64,000 nt of DNA from an uncultured Alphaproteobacteria bacterium (GCA_963732015.1 CAVSXY010000013.1:3662-67661); one strand, 5' to 3'. Shown: positions 1-9,966, counted from the stretch's first letter. Numbers and translations: made by a program. Notes: generated from the sequence alone by a model not told the origin.

Positions 1-177
1 CACGGCGCCGGAGAGAATGTGGGCGCCGACCTCGGAGCCCTTCTCCACCACGACGACGGACGTGTCCGGAGCGGCTTGCTTGAGGCGGATCGCGGCGGCA
101 AGCCCCGCCGGCCCTGCCCCCACAATGACGACGTCGAACTCCATCGCCTCCCGGGCCGGAAGCTCCGATGCATTCAT
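1..177 (-). CDS. Electron-transfer flavoprotein:ubiquinone oxidoreductase, N-terminal 59 codons; the gene runs off the left edge
   Basis: Reverse translation from the ATG at 177 gives [59 protein letters not shown]. This has the FAD GxGxxG fold and the [13 protein letters not shown] signature of ETF-QO. It is absent from the ORF track because the window edge truncates it. Confidence 0.8.
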   Translation of the reverse strand, partial: MNASELPAREAMEFDVVIVGAGPAGLAAAIRLKQAAPDTSVVVVEKGSEVGAHILSGAV

Positions 178-222
178 GACTTCGCTCCGTACCCCGGCAA
201 CAGCGGATGATTTTTCACGAAT

Positions 223-648
223 TCAGCGCGCTGACAATCTCTGGTTCAGCCAACACCCCGAGAGCCAACGCTTTTGAGCGCGAAGCGTGGCGCGGCGCAG
301 CCAACCTACGGGTCCGTGAGCGGCAATGAGTTCGGCGCGCTCGCGCGCATGGGTGCGAGCGGAAAATTCGATCTTCTCGGCGCCCTCAGAGGCAACAACG
401 AAGGGTTCGTCACCGAAAGACACGTATCGATCGAACAGCAGCTCGGCCGTCTGGCCGCGCCTCCACTCGTATTCACGCAGCAACGACCAGTCGACCAGTT
501 TGCGGCACGCCGCGAGCGCCTCATCGGCCGTGGTAACATTGGCAAATTCCCAACGCTCGTCTTCGTCCATGTAATGGAAATTGTCGTCGACCATGACTTT
601 ATAGGGGGCCATCGCCATAAACGCCGCTTCGTCAACGGGGGAGCGCAT
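223..648 (-). CDS. Conserved hypothetical protein
   Basis: 141-aa ORF with a protein-like core (YKVMVDDNFHYMDEDERWEFANVTTADEALAACRKLVDWSLLREYEW...). The true start may be the internal Met at about 618. The Arg/Leu-rich C-terminal tail may be off-frame. Confidence 0.5.
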   Translation of the reverse strand: MRSPVDEAAFMAMAPYKVMVDDNFHYMDEDERWEFANVTTADEALAACRKLVDWSLLREYEWRRGQTAELLFDRYVSFGDEPFVVASEGAEKIEFSARTHARERAELIAAHGPVGWLRRATLRAQKRWLSGCWLNQRLSAR

Positions 649-668
649 TCATTGACCTGGCGCTGTGA

Positions 669-1598
669 GTGTTTCATGCCAAGGCCGATCCGCCTAGACT
701 TGGCCGGCTAGACTTGATGGCTCTTGCCCACGTCGCTTGTGAATTCCTCCGGCTCATGATTCCCGCACCCAAAGACGCACACGAGCTTCTCGCCTTCTAT
801 CTCGACGCAGGCGCCGACGCGCTCGTCGGCGAAGAACCGGTCGACCGCATGGCGGACGACGCCGGACTGCGGGCGGACGGCGGCGAGACCAAACGCGCCG
901 CGACAAAGCCCTCTCCGCTCCTGCCGGGCAAAGCGGCAGGGGCTTTGCCGGGCGCACCATCGGCGGCGCGCACCGCCGCGGCCGCCCCGCCCTCTCCCGA
1001 AGCCGCCGTCATGGCGGCACGGACCGCTGCGAAAAGCGCCAAGGACCTCGACGAATTGCGGACGCTCCTGGATGGCTTCGAAGGCTGCGGGCTCCGCGCT
1101 ACGGCGACGCAACTCGTCTTCGCAGACGGCAATCCCAAGAGCCGGGTGATGTTCGTCGGCGAAGCGCCCGGCCACGATGAGGACGTCACCGGGCGGCCGT
1201 TCGTCGGCCGCTCCGGCAAGCTGCTCGACCAGATGCTGACGGCAATCGGGCTCGACCGCGAGCACGCCTATATCGCCAACATCGTGCCGTGGCGGCCGCC
1301 CGGCAACCGTACCCCCACCCCGCAGGAAACCGCGATCTGCCTGCCGTTCATCCACCGCCAGATCGAACTCGCCAATCCGGACATTCTGGTTTGCCTCGGA
1401 CAGCCGGCGACGCAGACGCTGCTCGGCACCAAGGAAGGCATCACCAGGACACGGGGGCGCTGGTTCAAGTTCGACACCGGCAGCCGCGAGATCCGCGCGC
1501 TTGCGACGTTCCACCCGGCTTTTCTGCTGCGCAGTCCCCTACAGAAGCGGTTTGCCTGGCGCGATTTTCTGGCCCTCAAGAAGGCGCTTGCCGAATAG
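669..1598 (+). CDS. Uracil-DNA glycosylase, family 4, with an N-terminal extension
   Basis: GEAPGHDEDVTGRPFVGRSGKLLDQML and NIVPWRPPGNRTPT motifs, plus GCGLRAT cluster cysteines. Alternative starts lie at 717 and 756. Confidence 0.85.
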   Translation: MFHAKADPPRLGRLDLMALAHVACEFLRLMIPAPKDAHELLAFYLDAGADALVGEEPVDRMADDAGLRADGGETKRAATKPSPLLPGKAAGALPGAPSAARTAAAAPPSPEAAVMAARTAAKSAKDLDELRTLLDGFEGCGLRATATQLVFADGNPKSRVMFVGEAPGHDEDVTGRPFVGRSGKLLDQMLTAIGLDREHAYIANIVPWRPPGNRTPTPQETAICLPFIHRQIELANPDILVCLGQPATQTLLGTKEGITRTRGRWFKFDTGSREIRALATFHPAFLLRSPLQKRFAWRDFLALKKALAE

Positions 1599-1705
1599 CA
1601 GCGTTGCGGGCCGCCTGACGGTTCCGGCCGCTTCGATCGGCACGAACTGCCACATTGATGTGGTAAAACATCGCTGCCGACGGAGATCATCACGGAGTTC
1701 GCGCC

Positions 1706-3097
1706 ATGGCGCTCGATCCGGTTCTGCTTTCCCGCGTCCAATGGGGATGGGTGATCGCCTGGCACATCCTGCTGCCGGCCTTCACCGTCGGACTTGCTTC
1801 CTATATCGCCGTCCTTGAAGGACTCTATTTCTTCACCGGCCGCGACATCTGGTTTCGCATATCCGGCTTCTGGACAAAGATATTCGCCGTCTCTTTCGGC
1901 ATGGGCGTCGTCTCCGGCATCATCATGCCGTTCCAGTTCGGCACGAACTGGAGCCGCTTCACCGACGCGGCCGCGGACGTGCATCTCGCCGCTGCTTGGC
2001 ATACGAAGGGCTGATGGCGTTCTTTCTCGAGGCATCGTTCCTCGGCGTCCTGCTGTTCGGGCGGCGGCTGGTGCCGGCCTGGGCGCATTTTTTCGCGGCC
2101 TGATGGTCGCCTTCGGCACGCTGTTGTCCTCATTCTGGATTCTGGCCGACGAATTCCTGGATGCAGACGCCCGCGGGCTACAAGCTGGTCGATGGACGGT
2201 TTGAGCCGGTCAATTGGTTCGCGATCGTCTTCAGTCCATCGTTTCCCTATCGGTTGATGCACAACGTGACCGCCTTCTACATCACGACCGCGTTCGTGGT
2301 GATGGGCGTCGGCGCCTGGCTGCTGCGCCGCGACAGGGCGACCGAAGACGCGCGCATGATGATCCGCATGGCGCTCGACCTTCTCATCATCATCGTCCCG
2401 CTGCAGATATTTCTCGGCGATCAGCACGGGCTCAACACGCTCGAATACCAGCCGGCCAAGCTCGCCGCGATCGAGGGACGCTATGACACCGCACAGCCGA
2501 CGCCGCTGACGCTGTTCGGCATTCCCGATGACGCAGCGGCGACAATGCGCTACGCGATCGAAGATCCCGGATCTCGGCAGTCTCATTCTCACCCATTCCT
2601 GGAACGGCGTGATAAAGGGCCTCAAGGAATGGCCGGCGGATCAGCGGCCGCCGGTCGGGCCGCCGTTTTTTGCCTTCCGGGTGATGGTCGGAATCGGAAT
2701 GATCATGCTGCTCGTGGCCGTGGTCGGCCAAGTCCTGAAAACTGCGGGGCCGGCTTTGGGACGCCGGCTGGTTCCTGTGGCTTTGCCAATGGTGGCGCCG
2801 ATCGGTTTCATTGCCGTTCTCGCCGGCTGGATGACCACTGAGGTCGGCCGCCAGCCCTGGACCGTGTACGGGCTGATGCGCACCGCGGATTCGGTTTCGC
2901 CCTCGCTCACCGGAGCGACGTGGCTTTGTCGCTTGCTCTCTACATCGTCGTCTATCTGATCATGTTCCCGACCGGCATTGCGTTCATGGCCGGTCTGGTG
3001 CGCCGCGGCCCGCAGGACGAAGTGCCAGCCGGAAGCCGTCGAAAGCGGATTGCCGAGCCGGCCCTTCGAAAACGCCGCACGCGCGGCCCGAGACTGA
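1706..3097 (+). pseudogene. cydA: Cytochrome bd-type ubiquinol oxidase subunit I, reading frame broken by at least 5 indels
   Basis: ORF-track pieces splice colinearly: MALDPVLLSRVQWGW...FQFGTNWSRF / LAYEGLMAFFLEASFLGVLLFGRRLVP / LMVAFGTLLSSFWILA / MQTPAGYKLVDGRFEPVNWFAIVFSPSFPYRLMHNV / GSLILTHSWNGVIKGLKEWPADQRPP...EVGRQPWTVYGLMRTADSVSP / ALSLALYIVVYLIMFPTGIAFMAGLVRRGP. TGA at 3095-3097 follows ...EAVESGLPSRPFENAARAARD. Confidence 0.85.
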
Positions 3098-3114
3098 CGA
3101 TAGCTGAGGGTGCG

Positions 3115-4121
3115 ATGGTGCTCGATCTCGTGCCGTTGTGGACGATGTTGCTCGGCCTCGCCGTTTTCTATTACGTGGTCTTCGACGGTTTCGATCTCGG
3201 CGTCGGCATGCTCTACGGCTTCATGCCGAGCGAACCGAGCCGCGATATCGCGATGAATTCGATCGCACCGATCTGGGACGGCAACGAAACCTGGCTGGTG
3301 TTCGGCGGGATCGGTTTGCTGGCGGCCTTTCCACTCGCCTTCGCGATTATCATTCCCGCGGTTTATTTCCCGATTCTGATGATGCTGCTCGCGCTCGTCT
3401 TCCGCGGCGTCGCATTCGAATTCCGCTTCAAACATCCGAGCGTTGCGGCGGTTCTGGGATGGGGCTTTCTGCGGCGGCTCAATGCTGGCGACCTTCGCGC
3501 AAGGAGTCGTTCTTGGCGCCTTTATCCAGGGCTTCAAGGTCGACGGGCGGCAATTCTGCCGGCACTTCATTCGACTGGGTCAGTCCATTTCCGCTCGCGA
3601 TCGGATTGGCGCTGATGTTCGGCTACGGCCTGTTGGGCGCGGGTTGGCTCATTCTCAAGACCGAAGGCGACTTGCAGGATTGGGCGCGGCGCGCCGGCCG
3701 GGTGTGCCTCGTCGCGGTCATCATCGCGATCGTGGCGGTGAGTATTTGGACGCCGATGACGCACCCCGAAATCGCGCAGCGGTGGTTTAGCTGGCCCGAT
3801 ATCGCCTTTCTGTCGCCGGTGCCGATCATGACTGCGCTGATCGCCTTTGGCGAATGGTACGCATTGAGCCATCGCTACGAATTGTTGCCGTTTCTGGCCG
3901 CGATCGGCCTGTTTCTGATGTCCTTCGTCGGCATCGCGATCAGCCTGTGGCCGTTCATCGTGCCGTACCACTACACGCTGTGGCAGGCCGCCTCGTCCTC
4001 GAGCACGCAAGCCTTCCTCTTGATCGGCACGCTGTTCTTGCTGCCCGTCATCCTGATGTACACCGCCTGGTCCTATTGGGTGTTCCGCGGCAAGGTGCAC
4101 GAGAGCGCGGCGTATCACTGA
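3115..4121 (+). pseudogene. cydB: Cytochrome bd-type ubiquinol oxidase subunit II, two frameshifts
   Basis: ATG at 3115 is preceded by gaggg. The pieces are MVLDLVPLWTMLLGLAVFYYVVFDGFDLGVGMLYGF...FRGVAFEFRFKHP / RRFWDGAFCGGSMLATFAQGVVLGAFIQGFKVDGRQF / AGTSFDWVSPFPLAIGLALMFGYGLLGAGWLILKTEGDL...YWVFRGKVHESAAYH. Confidence 0.85.
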
Positions 4122-4140
4122 GATCGCGCGTCGGTTGGCA

Positions 4141-5682
4141 TCATTGCGCCGACGCCGCGGCGGGTGCGCTCGCCGGCCGGATCATTCCCCATCCGATCCG
4201 CAACAACGGCAGCCGGCCTTGCACCGGCCGATCGAATGCGCGCGGCACCTCTGGAACGAGATCGGGGAAGCGCGCCTTGATGTCGGCGGGCGGGTCCGGA
4301 TTGGTATCGGCGGTCAGCCAGACCACGATCGCGCCCTTGGCGCGAATGTCATCGGGCGTCACCCACGGCGACCGCTCGGGATCAGCGTCGAAGTAGACGC
4401 TCGGCCGGCTCGGCGCCGCGAGCGCGATCAGCGAGGCGGTGCGAACGTCGCCGCTGACGACGGTCAGCGGATGGCCGGTCCGGCGCTGAAAACTATCGCC
4501 AAAGAACCGGCCCATTTCGGCCGCCGGCTGTCCGACTTTCAGGTCGGTGCCGATCGTCCACGGGAAGAGGATCATCACGACCGGAATGAAAATTGCGGGC
4601 GTGATCAACAACCCCGCCCAGGCGTAGCCAAGGATGCTCTGGTGCGAGAGCTCGATGCTGTCGCCGGCGGCGATAATGACGGCGATGCCTGACAAGACGA
4701 GAAGCGGCGCGGCGCCGCCGATTGGCGACGTCTGTTCCACCAGGACCGCGATGATCGTCGTCAACAAGGCCGGGACCACCAGGACGACTTTGATGAAATT
4801 CACGGCAAACGGATTGAGCCGCGGCCGGATGATGGCGGGCGCTCGGCTGACGTGGAGGTGCGGCCAGCCGCTCGCTAGTACGACAAGAACCGCGACCCCG
4901 GCGTGCGCAAGCACAAGTGCGCTGAGAAGCCGCAGCCAGGCCGTTGTGTTGCCGGCGCCCGCGCGCGCGCTCAACAAACGTTCCAATGCAGGCGCCCAGC
5001 CGTTGCTCGCAGCCGCGAGCCAAAACAGATGCAGGAACAGAAAAGGCGCGAGCCCGACCGACCCCTGCCACGGCTCGACCGGCACCAACGCGGTGCTGAC
5101 GCGTTTCGTCAAGGCCGTGAACAGCGCCAGCACGCCGAGGAGAATGAGTGCAGCTTCGGATGTCAGCAACAGCACCGCCGCCGCGGCGCCGAGCGCGTAC
5201 CAAGCGCGGCGGTCGCCCTGCATCATGACGCGGTAGTATTGCAGCAGCACCACCGCCCATAGCGCCGTGGCGAGAACGGACGGTCCGAAGTCTGGCGTCG
5301 GAACGGTGAACAGCGAAATGCCGACCATCAGAAGCACGGCCATGGCGCCTTGCGCTTGGCCGAGCATCGCTGAGCCCAGCGCAAACACGCACCAATAGGT
5401 CGTCACCACGCAGATCTGCGCCAGGAGATAGACGCCGAACAGGCCGGCGATCCGGAAGACGATCTCCGCCAGCCAATAGGCCAACGGCGGGCCGATGCCG
5501 ATATCGCCGCGGAAGGTGAACTCGTGTCCGATCGCCAGAACTTGCGGCAGATCGCCGGGCGGCGCCGCGTAGAACACGAGCGGCACCACGAGCCAGATCA
5601 AGGCTTGGGCCAGCGCAGCCAGCCAGAACACCAGGACCGGACGCGAGCGCAGGACTTCAATGTAAAGGGGGACGTAGTACAT
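4141..5682 (-). CDS. Polytopic membrane protein, probably a GT39/ArnT-like (PMT_2-type) glycosyltransferase
   Basis: Intact ORF with many hydrophobic helices. The first loop (IGHEFTFRGDIGIGPPLAYWLAEI) resembles the h-PPL--W loop of the ArnT/PMT family. The start is taken at MYYVPLYIEVL. Confidence 0.5.
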   Translation of the reverse strand: MYYVPLYIEVLRSRPVLVFWLAALAQALIWLVVPLVFYAAPPGDLPQVLAIGHEFTFRGDIGIGPPLAYWLAEIVFRIAGLFGVYLLAQICVVTTYWCVFALGSAMLGQAQGAMAVLLMVGISLFTVPTPDFGPSVLATALWAVVLLQYYRVMMQGDRRAWYALGAAAAVLLLTSEAALILLGVLALFTALTKRVSTALVPVEPWQGSVGLAPFLFLHLFWLAAASNGWAPALERLLSARAGAGNTTAWLRLLSALVLAHAGVAVLVVLASGWPHLHVSRAPAIIRPRLNPFAVNFIKVVLVVPALLTTIIAVLVEQTSPIGGAAPLLVLSGIAVIIAAGDSIELSHQSILGYAWAGLLITPAIFIPVVMILFPWTIGTDLKVGQPAAEMGRFFGDSFQRRTGHPLTVVSGDVRTASLIALAAPSRPSVYFDADPERSPWVTPDDIRAKGAIVVWLTADTNPDPPADIKARFPDLVPEVPRAFDRPVQGRLPLLRIGWGMIRPASAPAAASAQ

Positions 5683-5773
5683 CGAGCCCGCACACGCTTC
5701 GGCACAAGACTGAAACCAACACCATCCCCGTCCGCAATTCGGGGCCACGGGCAGATGTATTACGGCCCCAGCG

Positions 5774-6454
5774 TCAGAGGGGCAATATGGCGGGGCTTGC
5801 CTCGTCCGGTTCGGCTTCGATCAGGCCCAGCGCGGTCGCGACCGGCGAAAACGAGCGCCGGTGATGGATCGTCGGCCCGAGACGATCGAGGGCCGCGAAA
5901 TGTTCGGGCACGCTGTAACCCATGTGGCGCTCGAAGCCATAGCCGGGGTGCGCCTCGCCCATACGGGCCATCAGGCGGTCGCGCGTCACCTTGGCGACGA
6001 TGGATGCGGCCGCAATCGACGCGACCAGCGCGTCGCCGCCGACGACCGCCTCGCAAACGCAACCGGCATCGATGCGATCGCGCCCATCGACAAACACCAG
6101 ATGCGGTTTGACCGGAAGCGCGAGCACGGCGCGCGCCAAAGCCCATAGCGATGCACGCAGAATATTGTCGCGATCGATCCGCCATGGCGGCGCCAGTGCC
6201 ACCGCGACCTGCGCTCGTGCGCAAATGCGGTCATAGAGCACGGCGCGGCGTTCCGCCGTCAGCTTCTTCGAATCGTCGAGCCCGCGCGGAACATCGTGCG
6301 GATTGAGAATGACCGCGGCGGCGACGACCGGCCCGGCGAGCGGGCCGCGTCCGGCCTCATCGCATCCGGCGACCGGCCATATGCCGCGCTTGAGCGCCGA
6401 ACGCTCGCGGCGGAAAGTCGGCCGCACGACCTCCTCGTCGAGCGGCAGACGCAC
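5774..6454 (-). CDS. rnhB: Ribonuclease HII
   Basis: [21 protein letters not shown] and DDSKKLT motifs. The 226-aa frame is intact. Confidence 0.9.
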   Translation of the reverse strand: MRLPLDEEVVRPTFRRERSALKRGIWPVAGCDEAGRGPLAGPVVAAAVILNPHDVPRGLDDSKKLTAERRAVLYDRICARAQVAVALAPPWRIDRDNILRASLWALARAVLALPVKPHLVFVDGRDRIDAGCVCEAVVGGDALVASIAAASIVAKVTRDRLMARMGEAHPGYGFERHMGYSVPEHFAALDRLGPTIHHRRSFSPVATALGLIEAEPDEASPAILPL

Positions 6455-6572
6455 GGCTTGAACGTGTGCCGTCTTGGTCCCATTGCGAACTCATGCCGCC
6501 ATGATGACCACGGCGCTGCCAAGCGCGCAACGCGGCCCGGACCGCTCGGGGGACTACGGGGATGAAGCGAGG

Positions 6573-7712
6573 CTAGAACAGATCAAGCTGCTTCGCCGAA
6601 GGCCGCGGCGGCCGGAAATGCTCGGTGGTGGTCTTCACCTTCGTTGCGTTGAAGCCGAGCTTCTCGCAGGCGACCTCGAAGCGGCGGCCGATCATCCAGG
6701 CGATCGGCCCGGTTCCGGTCATCCGCGTCCCGAATGTCGAGTCGTAGTCCTTGCCGCCGCGCATGTCGCGCACGAGCTTGAACACGTGGCGACAGCGGTC
6801 GGGAAAATTCGCGATCAGCCACTCGCGGAACAGGTCGCGCACCTCGAGCGGTAGCCGCAGCAGCACGTAACCGGCGTGCCGCACGCCGGCCGCGGCGACG
6901 GCGTCGAGAATGCGTTCGATTTCGGCGTCGTTGAGCGCCGGGATCACGGGAGCGACCATAGCCGAGGCCGGAACGCCGGCCTCCACCAGCTGCCGCAGCG
7001 CGTCGAGACGCCGCGGCGGCGTCGATGCCCGCGGCTCCATGGCGCGCGCGAGCTTTGGATCGAGCGTCGTGACCGAGATCGCGACCTTGACGAGATTGCG
7101 TTTTGCCATCCGGCTCAGAATGTCGAGATCGCGAACCACCAGCGCCGACTTCGTGACGATGCCGACCGGATGGCCGGCGCGCTCCAAGACTTCGAGGATG
7201 CGGCGCATGATCTGATAGCGCCGCTCGATCGGCTGGTACGGATCGGTATTGGTGCCGATAGCGATGATCTTCGGCACGTAGTCCGGTGCCGACAATTCGC
7301 GTTCGAGCAATTCGGCGGCGTTCGGCTTCGCGAACAGCTTCGACTCGAAATCGAGGCCCGGCGACAATCCAAGATACGCATGCGTCGGCCGGGCGAAGCA
7401 GTAAACACAGCCGTGCTCGCAGCCGCGATACGGATTGATCGAACGATCGAAGGAAATGTCGGGCGAGTCGTTGCGCGTAATGATCCTGCGCGTCGAATCG
7501 AGCGTCACGTCGGTCTTGAACGGCGGCAGGTCTTCCAATACCTGCCAGCCGTCATCGAACGCGATGCGCGCGAGCGGCTCATATCGTCCCGACGCGTTGG
7601 ACACAGCACCGCGGCCGCGCCGCCGCTCGCGCTCAACGGCGGTTGCCGGCTCGCCCGCCGGCAAGGAGGGCAGCGGTGCCGGCGGGCGTTTCAAAGCGGA
7701 CGATCGGCTCAT
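6573..7712 (-). CDS. PA0069-family radical SAM protein (SplB-like, the 'DNA repair photolyase' COG1533 type)
   Basis: YRGCEHGCVYCFARP CxxxCxxC radical-SAM motif. The 379-aa frame is intact. Confidence 0.85.
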   Translation of the reverse strand: MSRSSALKRPPAPLPSLPAGEPATAVERERRRGRGAVSNASGRYEPLARIAFDDGWQVLEDLPPFKTDVTLDSTRRIITRNDSPDISFDRSINPYRGCEHGCVYCFARPTHAYLGLSPGLDFESKLFAKPNAAELLERELSAPDYVPKIIAIGTNTDPYQPIERRYQIMRRILEVLERAGHPVGIVTKSALVVRDLDILSRMAKRNLVKVAISVTTLDPKLARAMEPRASTPPRRLDALRQLVEAGVPASAMVAPVIPALNDAEIERILDAVAAAGVRHAGYVLLRLPLEVRDLFREWLIANFPDRCRHVFKLVRDMRGGKDYDSTFGTRMTGTGPIAWMIGRRFEVACEKLGFNATKVKTTTEHFRPPRPSAKQLDLF

Positions 7713-7736
7713 GGGTCGAATCTAGGCCTGCCTAGT

Positions 7737-7751
7737 GAACAAAACAAGAAC
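7737..7751. promoter_or_regulatory. Candidate LexA (SOS) box, GAAC-N7-GAAC
   Basis: GAACaaaacaaGAAC is an exact match to the alphaproteobacterial direct-repeat SOS box. It lies 25-39 nt upstream of the radical SAM start codon (7712, minus strand), in the divergent intergenic region. Confidence 0.5.
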
Positions 7752-7841
7752 AAATATCCGTGAGCGCATCAAGTCGCAAGCCTGGAACCCGCCGGGCCGC
7801 GGCCTATTTGAATACGCGGGCCAACCCCACCGGGAGGACAC

Positions 7842-8076
7842 AATGCGGGCACTGACTTTCGTTGCGTTGCTTGCGACAGCGCTGCTGGGCATGATCGAGC
7901 CAAGCGCCGCTCGGGAATATCCGTGGTGCGCGAACTACGGGCCCTCCACTCGGAATTGCGGTTTTGTCACGTTTGAGCAGTGCCGGGCGACAATCTCGGG
8001 TATTGGCGGCTACTGCGCGCAGAATCCGCTGTACCAGGCGGGACCGCCGACGCGGCCTCGTCGCCAATACTACTGA
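7842..8076 (+). CDS. DUF3551-type small secreted cysteine protein
   Basis: MRALTFVALLATALLGMIEPSAA signal peptide, followed by REYPWCANYG...NCGFVTFEQCRATISGIGGYCAQNP. Confidence 0.7.
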
Positions 8077-8127
8077 GGCTCGCCGCGAAGAGGCCGAGGG
8101 CACGGTGCGCCGTGCGCGGCGCGCCGC

Positions 8128-8691
8128 ATGCTGAGCGTCATCATTGCGACGCGCGACTCCGAGCGGGCGCTGGTGCCGACGTTGGTCGCGCTCGTGCCTG
8201 GCGCGACGTCGGGCGTCATCACTGAAGTTCTGATCGCCGACGGCGGCTCGCGGGACGACACGGCTGCCGTCGCCGACGTCGCCGGCTGCAACTTCATGAC
8301 TGTGCACGGCGCGCTTGCGGCTCGGTTCGAAGCCGCCGCAGCGGCAGCGCGTGCGCCGTGGCTCTTGTTCCTTCGGCCCGGAACGGTCCTCGACACACCG
8401 TGGATAGGAGAAGCGAGGCGGTTCGTCGAACAAGCCAAACCCGAAAACAGCGCCGCTACGTTCCGGCGCGGCGCTCCCGCGCAGAGCACGTTGCGCGACG
8501 CGCTTTCGCTCCTCGCCTCCGCGCTTGGCGCGCGGCCGCGTCCCGAGCAGGGTCTGCTGATCTCGAAGCTTTTCTACAATGGCCTCGGCGGGCATTCCGA
8601 GAACGCCTCCGATCCCGAAACCGATCTCATTCGCCGGCTTGGCCGGCGGCGCATCGTCACGCTGCCGGTGAACGCCGGCTTTTTGGCTTAG
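8128..8691 (+). CDS. Family 2 glycosyltransferase (short form)
   Basis: MLSVIIATRDSERALVPTL...EVLIADGGSRDDT is the N-terminal GT-A signature. Confidence 0.7.
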   Translation: MLSVIIATRDSERALVPTLVALVPGATSGVITEVLIADGGSRDDTAAVADVAGCNFMTVHGALAARFEAAAAAARAPWLLFLRPGTVLDTPWIGEARRFVEQAKPENSAATFRRGAPAQSTLRDALSLLASALGARPRPEQGLLISKLFYNGLGGHSENASDPETDLIRRLGRRRIVTLPVNAGFLA

Positions 8692-8704
8692 CCGGGCAGG
8701 AAGC

Positions 8705-8727
8705 GATACTTGACTTAGTCAAGTATC
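8705..8727. promoter_or_regulatory. Perfect 11-bp inverted repeat, candidate MarR operator
   Basis: GATACTTGACT-t-AGTCAAGTATC ends 18 nt upstream of the MarR/GNAT ATG at 8745. Confidence 0.45.
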
Positions 8728-8744
8728 TGGCCGACGCTCGCGCC

Positions 8745-9764
8745 ATGACCGCAATCGGAACCATCAAGCAGGCAAGCCGCCGGCGGAGCCGCGCCGCCGC
8801 CAATCGTGCTGCCGGCAATCGTGCTGCCGGCAATCGCGCCGCCGAAGAGCGCGTCGCGGCGGTGCGCCGCTTCAATCGCTTCTACACCCGGCGGATCGGT
8901 GTTCTGCGCCGCACGTATCTCGACAGTCCCTACTCGCTCGGCGAGGCGCGCGTGCTCTACGAGATTGCGAGCGGCCGCTCGCCGACGGCAAGCGAGATCG
9001 GCCGCGCGCTCGATCTCGATGCCGGCTACCTCAGCCGCGTCCTGCGCGCCTTCGAAAAACGCAGGCTGGTCGAACGGAAAACCTCGCCAAGCGATGCTCG
9101 GCAAAGCCATCTGGCGCTGTCGCCGCGCGGCCGCAAGTCGTTCGTGCCGCTCGAGCGGCGTTCGCAGCACGATACGGCGGCGATGCTCGACAGGCTCGCA
9201 CCTGAGGATCAAGCGCGGCTGGTCGCAGCGATGCAGACCATCGAAAGTTTGCTCGGCGCCGCCGCGCAAGAACGACCGCGCAGTGACGCCTATATCCTGC
9301 GCGCACCGGTGCCGGGCGATTTCGGCTGGATGGTCAAACGACACGCCGAACTCTACGCCCAGAAATATCAGTGGACAGAGCCGTTCGAAGGTCTGTGCGC
9401 CAAGATCGTCGCTGACTTCGCCAACAATTTCGACGCCAAGCGCGAGCGCTGCTGGATCGCCGACATGAATGGCGAGAACGTTGGCTGCATTTTCCTCGCC
9501 AAAGATTTGGAGACGGTCGCCCGCATCCGTCTCCTGCTCGTCGAACCAAAAGCGCGCGGTCTCGGATTGGGCGCACGGCTCGTCGACGAATGCATCGGAT
9601 TTGCTCGGCGCGCCGGCTACAAGAAAATCACGCTGTGGACGCACAGCGTGTTGACCGCCGCGCGGCACATTTATGAGAAGGCGGGCTTCAAGCTCGCCAG
9701 CACCGACAAGCACGAAAGCTGGGGCCGCGCCGTTGTGAGCGAGCACTGGGATCTAGAGCTGTAG
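8745..9764 (+). CDS. Bifunctional MarR-family HTH regulator / GNAT N-acetyltransferase
   Basis: wHTH region (LGEARVLYEIASGRSPTASEIGRALDLDAGYLSRVLRAFEKRRLVERK), then a GNAT motif A (RLLLVEPKARGLGLGARLVDECIGFARRAGYKKITLWT). The 468-aa track ORF is trimmed to the Met that follows the GT2 stop. Confidence 0.85.
   Translation: MTAIGTIKQASRRRSRAAANRAAGNRAAGNRAAEERVAAVRRFNRFYTRRIGVLRRTYLDSPYSLGEARVLYEIASGRSPTASEIGRALDLDAGYLSRVLRAFEKRRLVERKTSPSDARQSHLALSPRGRKSFVPLERRSQHDTAAMLDRLAPEDQARLVAAMQTIESLLGAAAQERPRSDAYILRAPVPGDFGWMVKRHAELYAQKYQWTEPFEGLCAKIVADFANNFDAKRERCWIADMNGENVGCIFLAKDLETVARIRLLLVEPKARGLGLGARLVDECIGFARRAGYKKITLWTHSVLTAARHIYEKAGFKLASTDKHESWGRAVVSEHWDLEL
8796..8840 (+). repeat. Three in-frame copies of a 15-bp tandem repeat
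   Basis: gccgccaatcgtgct / gccggcaatcgtgct / gccggcaatcgcgcc encodes AANRAAGNRAAGNRA in the N-terminal tail of the MarR/GNAT protein. Confidence 0.6.
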
Positions 9765-9772
9765 TCGCGGTC

Positions 9773-9806
9773 ATTCCGGGGCCGAGCGCAGCGAGGAGCC
9801 CGGAAT
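9773..9806. repeat. REP-like GC-rich hairpin between convergent genes
   Basis: ATTCCGGGgccgagcgcagcgaggagCCCGGAAT has 8-bp arms. It resembles the cattccgggg...cccggaatc intergenic palindromes of Bradyrhizobiaceae, as I recall them. Confidence 0.35.
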
Positions 9807-9966
9807 CCATAATCACAATGTTTGCAATTCCGGCTTCGACTTTCGGAACCGTACATTGCCGTAGCGCCAACGAGCGCGGCCAGCAAAAGTGGATACCGGT
9901 TTTGCGTTCGGCCGCGCTCGCAAATAACAAGTTGGCGCGCAACCCGGGCGGCCGACCAGTTTCCAC

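Noticed and set aside
1640-1670. FNR/FixK-type box upstream of cydA (ttgatgtggtaaaacatc)
   Set aside because: Only one TTGAT half-site is present. The second half does not match ATCAA at the required spacing.
8358-8744. Upstream 129 codons of the 468-aa ORF that contains the MarR/GNAT gene
   Set aside because: This part overlaps the glycosyltransferase gene in another frame and is Arg-rich nonsense. The family-like sequence begins at the Met at 8745, right after the operator-like palindrome.
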